Shown here: piece by piece, positions 52,901-60,010 of the stretch
How the letters are laid out: every line of letters begins with the position of its first letter
Numbering within the stretch: position 1 is the stretch's first letter
NCBI GenBank assembly: GCA_044225365.1
Contig: JBGAIQ010000003.1
Location: 160,001 to 224,000, forward strand
Direction: 5' to 3'
Source of the DNA: Planctomycetota bacterium
Lineage (GTDB): Bacteria > Planctomycetota > B15-G4 > JADJEK01
DNA length: 64,000 nucleotides
Program-made: the position numbers and the translations under genes
Notes under the pieces: generated by a model
Told to the model about the DNA's origin: nothing
Database searches by the model: none
Seen by the model: only the letters and a program-made list of their open reading frames with translations

Positions 52901-53141
52901 CCGCGGCGCGTCGAACACGCCCCTTGCGAACTGGGTCCCGGGAATCGGATTGGGAGTGGATTTGGAACATCCCTCGAAGACCGACGCCGCCGGAGTGCTC
53001 CGCACGAGGCTCACTCCGGGGCGCTACTTCGTCAGCGTTCAAGACCCCGCGACGACGGCGAATGCGATTCCGAAGGTGCATTCCGCCGAGCTTCGTTGGC
53101 CTGCCGCGGACCGCGGTCGCGTCGTCGTCCACTTCGATTGA
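49995..53141 (+). CDS. ECF sigma-70 factor fused to TM and carboxypeptidase-regulatory-like repeats (tandem paralog)
   Basis: LADDVVQDAY, ARNLALD, ATVKSRLHRGL; shares LHGFxANxxR, PPxAxQF, DxxTGEFR and ELNDPNFE with the upstream gene. Confidence 0.87.
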   Translation: MEADSQDSQIDRDASEPLVERLRGEAHLIRSIARAILHDAHLADDVVQDAYAKALAQPGGIPVVRSFVAALARNLALDRRRRELRRQTRELRVARPDIATNERSYRALTLAVLALDEPYRRTILARYFDDLSPRVIAAKEGAPIATVKSRLHRGLEQLREKLLDETGEYGGDRDAMLRGLAMLAAPRGILESLTVGSRSMSVTSIVLKTLAASIVIALATLTLRPAFFSAHSDAAVANAPPVAPVVTVASPPAPDPAPVNLVATREEVASSQTAPAATLATIRGRIELPSGAPAVGSKLKLHGFGANQERVIRFGRPKDWKDLEAITDADGRFEIRFSPPGAFQFALTAETEHESNLGWRWSSIDAGAVKDVKNARLPASGGVTGRVRNREGKLPAGHWLVQIWSRYKTQGDGGDATRMYVAPDATTGEFRFEAVPAGPAEMFASSIDRDGNKKSQEYEIDVTAAKILQQDIAYDAPDGESRRIRVDPVNRAVPEFVKLAAGSLQLVGKDGAKKVAVADPKRFDAWTFEEVEPGDYSLELNDPNFEPYRKTDVHPGQTIRIPVVGSSGVRLDVTRPDGSAIADYHAIARIQDPGIGSPKFEFRARDVPAPADSTYRGFVANTYLLTIEVEGSPPAHVRVADLKPSEIRKVAVTIHPGSLLKGRVLDGKETLAGVAIDLVDLVAMSPPSDLHDGNDEAIAHHRTRSDANGSFVLGPLPPGRYEIEAVRNREVRTAKTVIEIGANGSEGKDVTIDLSMPSSGRLRGRVQTKEGTPLALEGLSVAVSTGGRIDPFDDDVRAPLDASGRFAISPAPSGKCDVWLVLPPVTVPFLGDDWHFTEMAKCGVLPMHIGRAEVTAAQTDAEPTFTLEEPAPGALDVAVAIDGKPAAGFAALLYPAPDVTDGPSPLAAVVLDANGKGRLGPARPGVGDLLIQIGKNQVLAASVEPVRIASGTNSQRFDLVPQDAEIVFTRGASNTPLANWVPGIGLGVDLEHPSKTDAAGVLRTRLTPGRYFVSVQDPATTANAIPKVHSAELRWPAADRGRVVVHFD

Positions 53142-53147
53142 ACAGGC

Positions 53148-55364
53148 TCACTGGAACGTGAGGATCTTCGTGTCCGAGACCCGGAACTTCTGCGTGAACT
53201 TGGGCGGGCCGCACGAGGCACCCGTCGCGTTCGAGGGCAGCAGGTCGATGATCTGCAGGCCGACGGAGAAGCCGAGGATGCCGGGATCGCAGGGGACCTG
53301 CGTGATCGTCGACGCGATCGGGATCATCGTGATCGGGTTCACGCCGAGGATGCAGCCGCCCTGACCCGGGCAGAGCGGGATCGAGGTCGGGATGCCGATC
53401 GCGAGCAGCGGATTCGTCGTCCCGGTGATCGCGAGCGTGAGGAAGCCTCCGATCGCCGGTGGGCCGCCGATCGCGAAGCCGGGCTCGGGCGCCCCGCACC
53501 CCGTCTGCACGGTCGCGACGCCGCCCGCGCCGATCTCCGATCGCAGCGAGCCCAGGATGTCGCTCGACGCGCCGGGCGAGGCCTGCCATGCGAACAGGAC
53601 GGGAGCGTCGAGTTGGCCGACACCTGCGGCCAGGGCGAGGCGCTGCGGTTGCCCCGCCGTTCCTTGCGCCATCTGGATCCCGGTCTCGATGAATCCGAAA
53701 TCTCCATCCTGCAGGGGATCGATCGCGAACGTCGCGGTGCGCACGTCGTAGTCGGCGATCACGAGCGATCGCGAGCGATACCCGTACGTGATCCGGCAAC
53801 CGTTGAGCGTGACGACGGGCTCGATCTGATCGGCGAATTCGAGCGCGGAGTACTCGACCTTGGAGAGATCGAAGTCCAGGTGCGAGCCGAAGAAGTGATT
53901 CGAGGACGGAATGTAGCGCAACACGTCGCACTCGATGTCGTGCGCGGACCCGCTGTTCGGATCCGCGTTCTCGTAGATGACGACGGCGTCGTCACCATTG
54001 CCGTCGGCGTCGGCATGGAAGGGAACGCCGACGGGGTGCGACTCGAGGGAGCCCAGGCCATCGAACTGAACGCCGTTCTGATCGACCCCCGTCATCACGA
54101 GCGATTGCGAGACGCCGACCTGGACGCTCTCGAAGCACACGAGGTACTTGCCGTTCGGGCCGGCGTTCTTCGTCACGTGGGGATCGAACGAGTTCTGGAA
54201 CGACCCGGCGTGGAGATTCGCCACGACTCCGAGCGCTCCCGCCGCGGAAACGGTGCGCGAGCGAATCTGAGTGAGCGGATCGGATTCGTCCTGCCACACG
54301 ACGAGGAATGGATTCGCGATCGCGTTCGGCGAGGCCCCGACATCCGGATTGGCCTCGCCGACGAATCCGGTCGTGACGTCGAAGATCGCGCCCTGCGCCG
54401 AAGAGCTCGCCGTTCGCGAGCGCGCCTCGATCACGGGATCGGCGAATGGCGTCGAACGCCGCTGCCAGACCGCGAGGAACGTGTCGCCCGTTCCGGCGAT
54501 CGAGGAGTTGCTCGCGATGTTGAGGGCGAGGTCGACCCCGACCTCGTCGAGGAAGTTCCCGGCGGTATCGAAGCGCCGCGAGACGATATCGGTGTCGAGC
54601 CCGCTCACGACCTCCGTGTAGGTGACGAGGTAGCGCCCGTTCGTGAACGCGACGGCGGGGTCGGTGTCCTCGTCTGCATCGGCGTCGATCACGACGTTCG
54701 TGATCAAGGGATCGATCGCGAGCGGGTACGAGGCCGAACGAAGCACCTCGTTGGGGACCGTGAGTTGGAGGGCGCCCCCGACGAATTCCGACTGGAACTG
54801 CCAGCTCGCCCCGCGCGCGTCTCGCACGGTCGCGTCGCCGTAGACGACGCTCGACAGACCGCCGGCATCGAAGAGCAGCCCGTGCTCGCGCCCACGGAAG
54901 TCGAGGTCGACGTCGGATCCGAGCCGGATCGTGAGATCGCCACGCTCCTTCGCACGCAGCGGACTTGCCGGCAACACGAAGGTCTGCTCGATGGAATCGA
55001 CCGCGAGGTCGTAGCGCTCGAACACCGGATCGTCACCGCCGTGGGCCAACGTCACGCTCGCGCCGTTCAGGACAGGGGAGGCCGGGCTGAGTTCGAGCTC
55101 GCGATCCCCCACGGACATCGCCGCGAGCGTGAGATCGAGACGAAACGCTCGCTTCCCGCGCGCGCCCACCACGGGGTAGTACGTCACTCCCAAGGGCGAG
55201 AACGCCGCCTTCCACGTAGCTCCTTTGGCGTAGATGGCGTCGGCCACGACGTCGGTGAGGACCGTCGTGCGACGCAGCGCACTCCAAGCCAAGCCCATCG
55301 GCTGCGCGGGCGCGGACGGTTGTGAACCCAGGAGACCAAGACTCAGGGCAAGAGTGGGCAGCAT
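53148..55364 (-). CDS. Secreted hypothetical protein: N-terminal domain ending YPLAIDP, probable beta-propeller, Cys-containing C-terminal domain
   Basis: Signal peptide MLPTLALSLGLLG; repeated PxV...YLVxW/Y blades. Confidence 0.7.
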   Translation of the reverse strand: MLPTLALSLGLLGSQPSAPAQPMGLAWSALRRTTVLTDVVADAIYAKGATWKAAFSPLGVTYYPVVGARGKRAFRLDLTLAAMSVGDRELELSPASPVLNGASVTLAHGGDDPVFERYDLAVDSIEQTFVLPASPLRAKERGDLTIRLGSDVDLDFRGREHGLLFDAGGLSSVVYGDATVRDARGASWQFQSEFVGGALQLTVPNEVLRSASYPLAIDPLITNVVIDADADEDTDPAVAFTNGRYLVTYTEVVSGLDTDIVSRRFDTAGNFLDEVGVDLALNIASNSSIAGTGDTFLAVWQRRSTPFADPVIEARSRTASSSAQGAIFDVTTGFVGEANPDVGASPNAIANPFLVVWQDESDPLTQIRSRTVSAAGALGVVANLHAGSFQNSFDPHVTKNAGPNGKYLVCFESVQVGVSQSLVMTGVDQNGVQFDGLGSLESHPVGVPFHADADGNGDDAVVIYENADPNSGSAHDIECDVLRYIPSSNHFFGSHLDFDLSKVEYSALEFADQIEPVVTLNGCRITYGYRSRSLVIADYDVRTATFAIDPLQDGDFGFIETGIQMAQGTAGQPQRLALAAGVGQLDAPVLFAWQASPGASSDILGSLRSEIGAGGVATVQTGCGAPEPGFAIGGPPAIGGFLTLAITGTTNPLLAIGIPTSIPLCPGQGGCILGVNPITMIPIASTITQVPCDPGILGFSVGLQIIDLLPSNATGASCGPPKFTQKFRVSDTKILTFQ

Positions 55365-55485
55365 GATTCGTCCTCTCCGATCATCGAGATCGTTCGTGCT
55401 CGTCGTGCGAAACGCCAGACGAGGACGAGGACGCAACGCGCCGGAAGTCGCGACAAGAAATGCAGCGTCGAATCGAGCGATCGGC

Positions 55486-56430
55486 TCAGGAAGCCCGCGC
55501 CGGACTCCGTGCTCGTGACGAGGCGAGGAAGACGCCGAGGAGGATCAGCCCCGCGCCGGCGAGGGTCGTCGCGGTGATCGGCTCGTCCGCGAGCGTCGCG
55601 CCGAGGAATACCGCGAGAGCCGGCGTGAGATAGGCAGTGAGCGCGAGTACGTTCGCCGGCGCGCGCCGCATCAGCCAGTAGTAGAGGCCGAAGGTCGCAA
55701 CCGTGCCGAACAGCGAGAGGAAGAGCACGGAGCCCACCGCACCCGAAGTGAAACGGAGGGGATGCGCGCTGCCGCGTTCGGCGGCAAACGCGACGCACCC
55801 GATCTGGGCAGCCGACAGCCACATCGCGTTTCGATTCAGCAGGAGCGAACTGACGCCCGCCCCATGCTTCTTCACGTAGAGCGTGCCGAGCGTCACAACG
55901 AAGGGGGAACCGAGCATGAGGAAAGCGGGTCCGATGGCGGCCTTGCCGAGAGCCGGAACGTCGCGCAGGAACAGGAGCGCAACACCGAGGAAACCGACGA
56001 CGAATCCGAGACTCTGGGCGCGGCGCAACCGCTCGCCGGGAAGGACGAGATTCGCGCCGATCGCAAGCATCAAGGGGTAGGTCGCGAAGAGCAGGCTCGC
56101 GAGCGCCGATGGGATGAACTGTTCCACGTAGTAGACGATGGTGTAGGAACCCGTGAAGTTCAGGGTTCCGAGCACGACGTAGAGCCGAATGGGCGGCGCC
56201 GCTCCGCCCTCGCGGCGGGCGAGGACTTTGGCGAGGAGCGAGAAGCCGAACGCGGCGATCAGGAAGCGCAGGAACAGGCCGGTGAACGCCGGAAGATCCT
56301 CGAGCCCGATGCGAATGACGAGCCAGGTCGAGCCCCAGATGAGCGACATGAACGCGATTCCACCGGCGAGAGTGGCACGCGAGATCTCCGGCCGCCCTAG
56401 ATCGTCGGAAGCCGATTCGGAACCGCTCAC
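55486..56430 (-). CDS. EamA/DMT family transporter
   Basis: IWGSTW, LRFLIA, GERL, AYLTPALAVFLG...EPI; about 10 TMs. Confidence 0.92.
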   Translation of the reverse strand: MSGSESASDDLGRPEISRATLAGGIAFMSLIWGSTWLVIRIGLEDLPAFTGLFLRFLIAAFGFSLLAKVLARREGGAAPPIRLYVVLGTLNFTGSYTIVYYVEQFIPSALASLLFATYPLMLAIGANLVLPGERLRRAQSLGFVVGFLGVALLFLRDVPALGKAAIGPAFLMLGSPFVVTLGTLYVKKHGAGVSSLLLNRNAMWLSAAQIGCVAFAAERGSAHPLRFTSGAVGSVLFLSLFGTVATFGLYYWLMRRAPANVLALTAYLTPALAVFLGATLADEPITATTLAGAGLILLGVFLASSRARSPARAS

Positions 56431-56449
56431 GTCAGGTCGTCTCGTCGCG

Positions 56450-56715
56450 GGTCATAAAAAAAGTAGCGATTCCAACTTTCAGTCTTGTTCCACACAATGG
56501 GGATCGCTCAGAACAAGGCGACGTCAATGCAATATGTAGAAATCATCTGGCGCATAGATCGCTGCTGACAAAGCACTTGCGCGCGACCTGAGAGGTCGTA
56601 TCAGCAACTTCCAACTGCGGATTCGACTCGCCCGAACGGGCTTTCCCACAGGTTATCCACAGTGCCCAAAAGGTGGGTTTACCGCACTGCGGAGCCATCG
56701 AAAGATGGTTTCCGT
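56450..56715. promoter_or_regulatory. AT-rich intergenic region with DnaA boxes; candidate replication origin
   Basis: Perfect TTATCCACA at 56653-56661, TTTCCCACA at 56642-56650, TGTTCCACA at 56486-56494; AT-rich stretch about 56453-56560. Confidence 0.5.
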
Positions 56716-57023
56716 GTTACTCACGAGCGACGTATTCGAAGGCCGCTCGATTTCGCGATCGAATCAGCGCTCCGAGCGGGGCGATTCGCCTTCCGACGTC
56801 GGGGTCGCGCCGGGTTGCGACGAGTGAGCCCACCACCGACGGCGACCCGAATCCGAGCGCACCTGAGCCATTCGACGACGGCGACGACGCATGGCACTCT
56901 CCTCCGAACCGGAACGAGCTTGTCCACGAGAGCCACTTCGCCCAACCGCGAGCGAAGCCGGCGAGTCCGTCCGATCGAATCGCACGAGTTCACCTCGCGC
57001 GATCGATCGCCCACTGAATTCGT

Positions 57024-58058
57024 TCAGCGCTGCATTCCGTACACGGCGACGAGCAACGCCACGATCGCGATGACGAGCAGGAAGACGACGAGTCGCGTCG
57101 AGCTGCTGTTGCGCTTCAGGAGTTCCTCGACCCGCGCGTCCTGCGACGCCTGATGCTTGCGCAGTTCCTCGACGAGCGTCTCCTGGCGGCGCGACGTCGT
57201 CACCTGGACGTCCTCCACCGCGCGCTTCACGCCCTGGAATTCCGACGTGAGGCGCTGCTGCGTCTCGCGCGCCGAGCGATCGGCCTGCTCCGAAGTGCGG
57301 GCGAGCTGCGTGACCTGATCCTGGAAGCGCTGTTCCATCGCGTCGAGACTGCCCGGCAGATCGCGCATCTTGGCGAGCAACTCGTTCGTGCTGCGACCCT
57401 GGAACTCGAGGATGCTCGAGATCGTGTTGAGGAGTTCGATGCCGGCGCGCGAGGCGTCGGGCATGTCCTTGATCATTTCCGGAATGCGCCGCACCGAGAC
57501 GATGAGCTCTTCCGACGTCTTCTGCTGCTGATCGATCTTGGTGTCGATGCCACGCAGCACCGTCGAGAGACCCGTGAAGCCCTCCTGGAGCTTCAGCGAG
57601 ATCTCTTCGCGCCGCGTCATCTCCGTCGCCTGGATCGGCTCGTTGGACGGGAGCTGTACGACGGCTTCGACCTTGACCGAGGGTGCCTCGGGCGGAATGG
57701 GCTTCTTGTCGGCGGCCGGAGCCGCAGCCTTCGAGCTGGGAATGATCTCTTCGAGTTCAGGACGCGCCGTCGCAGCGCCATTCCCGTTCGACGGGCTCGC
57801 CGCCTTGACGCCGTTCAGCGGCTTGCCGGAAGAGGCACTTTTCGTATTCGGCGCATTCGTCCCGTTCGCACGGGGCGGCGTGCGCTTCGCCTTCTCGGCT
57901 TCCTCGTCGAAATCGATGTCGGGCAGGCGCGCCTTGGTCGCGACGCGGGAACCGGCGCCTCCGCCCGCCTTCGAGGCTGCGCGCGAGGGGACTTCGACGG
58001 CGGCGTCCGCATTGCCACCACGACCGAACAAGCGGGCGAAGAACGACTTCTTGACCAT
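57024..58058 (-). CDS. Hypothetical protein: N-terminal amphipathic helix, disordered linker, coiled coil, C-terminal TM
   Basis: MVKKSFFARLFG; Ala/Pro/Lys-rich linker; Q/E/L-rich helices; LVVFLLVIAIVALLVAVYG. Confidence 0.8.
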   Translation of the reverse strand: MVKKSFFARLFGRGGNADAAVEVPSRAASKAGGGAGSRVATKARLPDIDFDEEAEKAKRTPPRANGTNAPNTKSASSGKPLNGVKAASPSNGNGAATARPELEEIIPSSKAAAPAADKKPIPPEAPSVKVEAVVQLPSNEPIQATEMTRREEISLKLQEGFTGLSTVLRGIDTKIDQQQKTSEELIVSVRRIPEMIKDMPDASRAGIELLNTISSILEFQGRSTNELLAKMRDLPGSLDAMEQRFQDQVTQLARTSEQADRSARETQQRLTSEFQGVKRAVEDVQVTTSRRQETLVEELRKHQASQDARVEELLKRNSSSTRLVVFLLVIAIVALLVAVYGMQR

Positions 58059-58393
58059 GACTCGGGCTCCGTACTTCCGGGTGCTCGTCTGTGCTCAGAC
58101 TCGGGGTTGGCTCTCGGATGATTCTTGTGGACTCTGGGCGGCGGCGAGAATGCGCAGAACCTTTCGCCGAGGACCTTGGGCCAAAGGGCCGGTTTGGGCC
58201 CGTTCGGGGCATGTCCTGCGAACGACGGATTCGACGTAGCGAGTTTGCCCGCGATGAAGGCGGGGAAGCAGCCGATGGAGGAGGGTGCGACCCGCGATGG
58301 CAGACGGAGTCCGAAGGAATCCGGTACCGATCCGGCGCGCTCGAACCCTCCGCGGTCACCGCCCCACGGTCAAGCGCTTGCGGTGCCGAGAAT

Positions 58394-58441
58394 ACACGAA
58401 ATGCGGTGGCCAACATCGAATTTCACCACGATATCTTGTGG
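58394..58441. promoter_or_regulatory. Tandem NrdR-box-like operator
   Basis: ACACGAAATGCGGTGG (58394-58409) and near-palindromic CCACGATATCTTGTGG (58426-58441), starts 32 bp apart. Confidence 0.55.
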
Positions 58442-58458
58442 TCTACGGATTCGAATTC

Positions 58459-59787
58459 ATGGCTGAAAACGCACCTCCGAACCTGGCGGGCGCCCACGGT
58501 CGAGCCCCCGAGCCATCCGCTGCGGACCTCGCCCTCGCCCGCGAGGTCGCGCGGGCCGCGGCCGCGCGGGGCGGACGCGCATACCTCGTCGGCGGCTGCG
58601 TCCGCGACTCCTTGCGCGGCATGCCGCGCAAGGACCTCGATGTCGAGGTCTTTCGCGTCGCTCCTGCGGCACTCGAGGAATTGCTGGGCACGATCGGCCG
58701 CGTCGACGCCGTCGGCAAGGCCTTCGGCATCTTCAAACTCACGCGCAACGGCACGACGATCGACGTCGGATTGCCGCGCCGGGAACGCGCGGTCGGCCAC
58801 GGCCATCGCGACTTCTCGATCACGTCGGATCCCGAACTCGACGTCCGCACTGCCGCGTCGCGCCGCGACCTCACGATCAACGCCATCCTCGAGGACCTGC
58901 TCACCGGCGAGATCGTCGATCCGTGGAACGGCCGCGCCGATCTCTACCGCGGCGTGCTGCGTCACGTGTCGGATGCCTTCGCGGAGGATCCCCTGCGCGT
59001 ACTGCGAGTGGTGCAATTCGCGGCTCGCTTCGAATTCGCGATCGCGGAGGAGACCGCCGCGTTGTGCCGCAGCATCGATCTGCGCGCACTGCCGCGCGAG
59101 CGCATCGCCGATGAGATCGCGAAATGGCTCACGCTCTCGCGCCGTCCGTCGCTCGGTCTCGCGGCGTTCGTCGCGACCGGGGCCCACGGTCTCGTTCCCG
59201 AACTCCGTCTCGACGATCCGCGGTACGCGGATGCGACGCTGGCGCGAGGACGACGACTCGATGCGGCGGCCGCTCGGCTCGCCACCCTCGACGATCCGAT
59301 CGCATTCATGCTGGCGGCGCTCTTCGCACCGCTGCCAACGGATGCCGCGCCTGCGGAGGCGGGCGCGATCGCCACTCGCGTCGAGTCGTGGAGCCTCGGG
59401 CTCGACCGGGCACGGCTGGCGACGGCGCTCGCGGTCGCACTCGAAGAGGCCCGCAGGCTGTGCGATGTCGATGACTCGCCCACGCTGCGAAGGCTCGCGC
59501 TGCGCGCCCCGCTCCATCCCCTGTGCCTGCTCCTCGAAGCGGAGGGCGAGATGCTCGGCGTCCCGCGGACGCAACTGCGCACCCGGGCGGCGGCGATCGG
59601 CGTCCTCGACGCGCCGCCGAGTCCGTGGCTCCTCGGGCGGGACCTGCTCGCACTCGGCGCTCCCCCGGGCAAGGCGCTCGGCGCGCTGCTCGCCGAAGCG
59701 TTCGATCGGCAGTTGGACGGGGAACTCGCGGATCGCGATGCGGCGCTCGAATTCGCGCGGCAACGCCTTTCGCGGCCACCGTCGTGA
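58459..59787 (+). CDS. tRNA nucleotidyltransferase (CCA/A-adding) / poly(A) polymerase family, class II
   Basis: YLVGGCVRD, KDLDVEV, RRDLTINA, EDPLRVLR, ERI, C-terminal GRDLLALG...G; no HD domain seen. Confidence 0.9.
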   Translation: MAENAPPNLAGAHGRAPEPSAADLALAREVARAAAARGGRAYLVGGCVRDSLRGMPRKDLDVEVFRVAPAALEELLGTIGRVDAVGKAFGIFKLTRNGTTIDVGLPRRERAVGHGHRDFSITSDPELDVRTAASRRDLTINAILEDLLTGEIVDPWNGRADLYRGVLRHVSDAFAEDPLRVLRVVQFAARFEFAIAEETAALCRSIDLRALPRERIADEIAKWLTLSRRPSLGLAAFVATGAHGLVPELRLDDPRYADATLARGRRLDAAAARLATLDDPIAFMLAALFAPLPTDAAPAEAGAIATRVESWSLGLDRARLATALAVALEEARRLCDVDDSPTLRRLALRAPLHPLCLLLEAEGEMLGVPRTQLRTRAAAIGVLDAPPSPWLLGRDLLALGAPPGKALGALLAEAFDRQLDGELADRDAALEFARQRLSRPPS

Positions 59788-59882
59788 ATCGTCGACTCCT
59801 GTTCGTGAATTGCACCGGACAGTTGCAATTCGCAAGCTCCCTCCCGTAGACTCCCGCGCTTCGACATCCAGACATACTTCGT

Positions 59883-59958
59883 GGGGCGTTAGCTCAGCTG
59901 GGAGAGCGCCAGGATGGCATTCTGGAGGTCAGGGGTTCAATCCCCCTACGCTCCACCA
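59883..59958 (+). tRNA. tRNA-Ala (GGC)
   Basis: GGGGCGT/ACGCTCC acceptor stem with G3:U70, D-arm AGCTCAGCTGGGAGAGC, anticodon loop ATGGCAT, T-arm GGTTCAATCC, encoded CCA; 76 nt. Confidence 0.98.
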
Positions 59959-59966
59959 CGAATCGC

Positions 59967-60010
59967 GCGGCCGCGCGGCACCCCTCCAAGCGAGTGGGCC
60001 GCGCGGCCGC
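59967..60010. terminator. GC-rich inverted repeat between the tRNA and the convergent sulfatase gene
   Basis: GCGGCCGCGCGGC (59967-59979) pairs perfectly with GCCGCGCGGCCGC (59998-60010); only a weak U-tract. Confidence 0.5.

Noticed and set aside
56486-56501. parS site (TGTTCCAC half-site)
   Set aside because: The second half (GTGGAACA/GTGAAACA) is absent. It is better read as a degenerate DnaA box.
56584-56640. TPP riboswitch (CTGAGA motif)
   Set aside because: The other conserved TPP elements are missing and no thiamine gene follows
59883-60010. Integrative element at tRNA-Ala
   Set aside because: No integrase and no duplicated tRNA 3' end seen in the window
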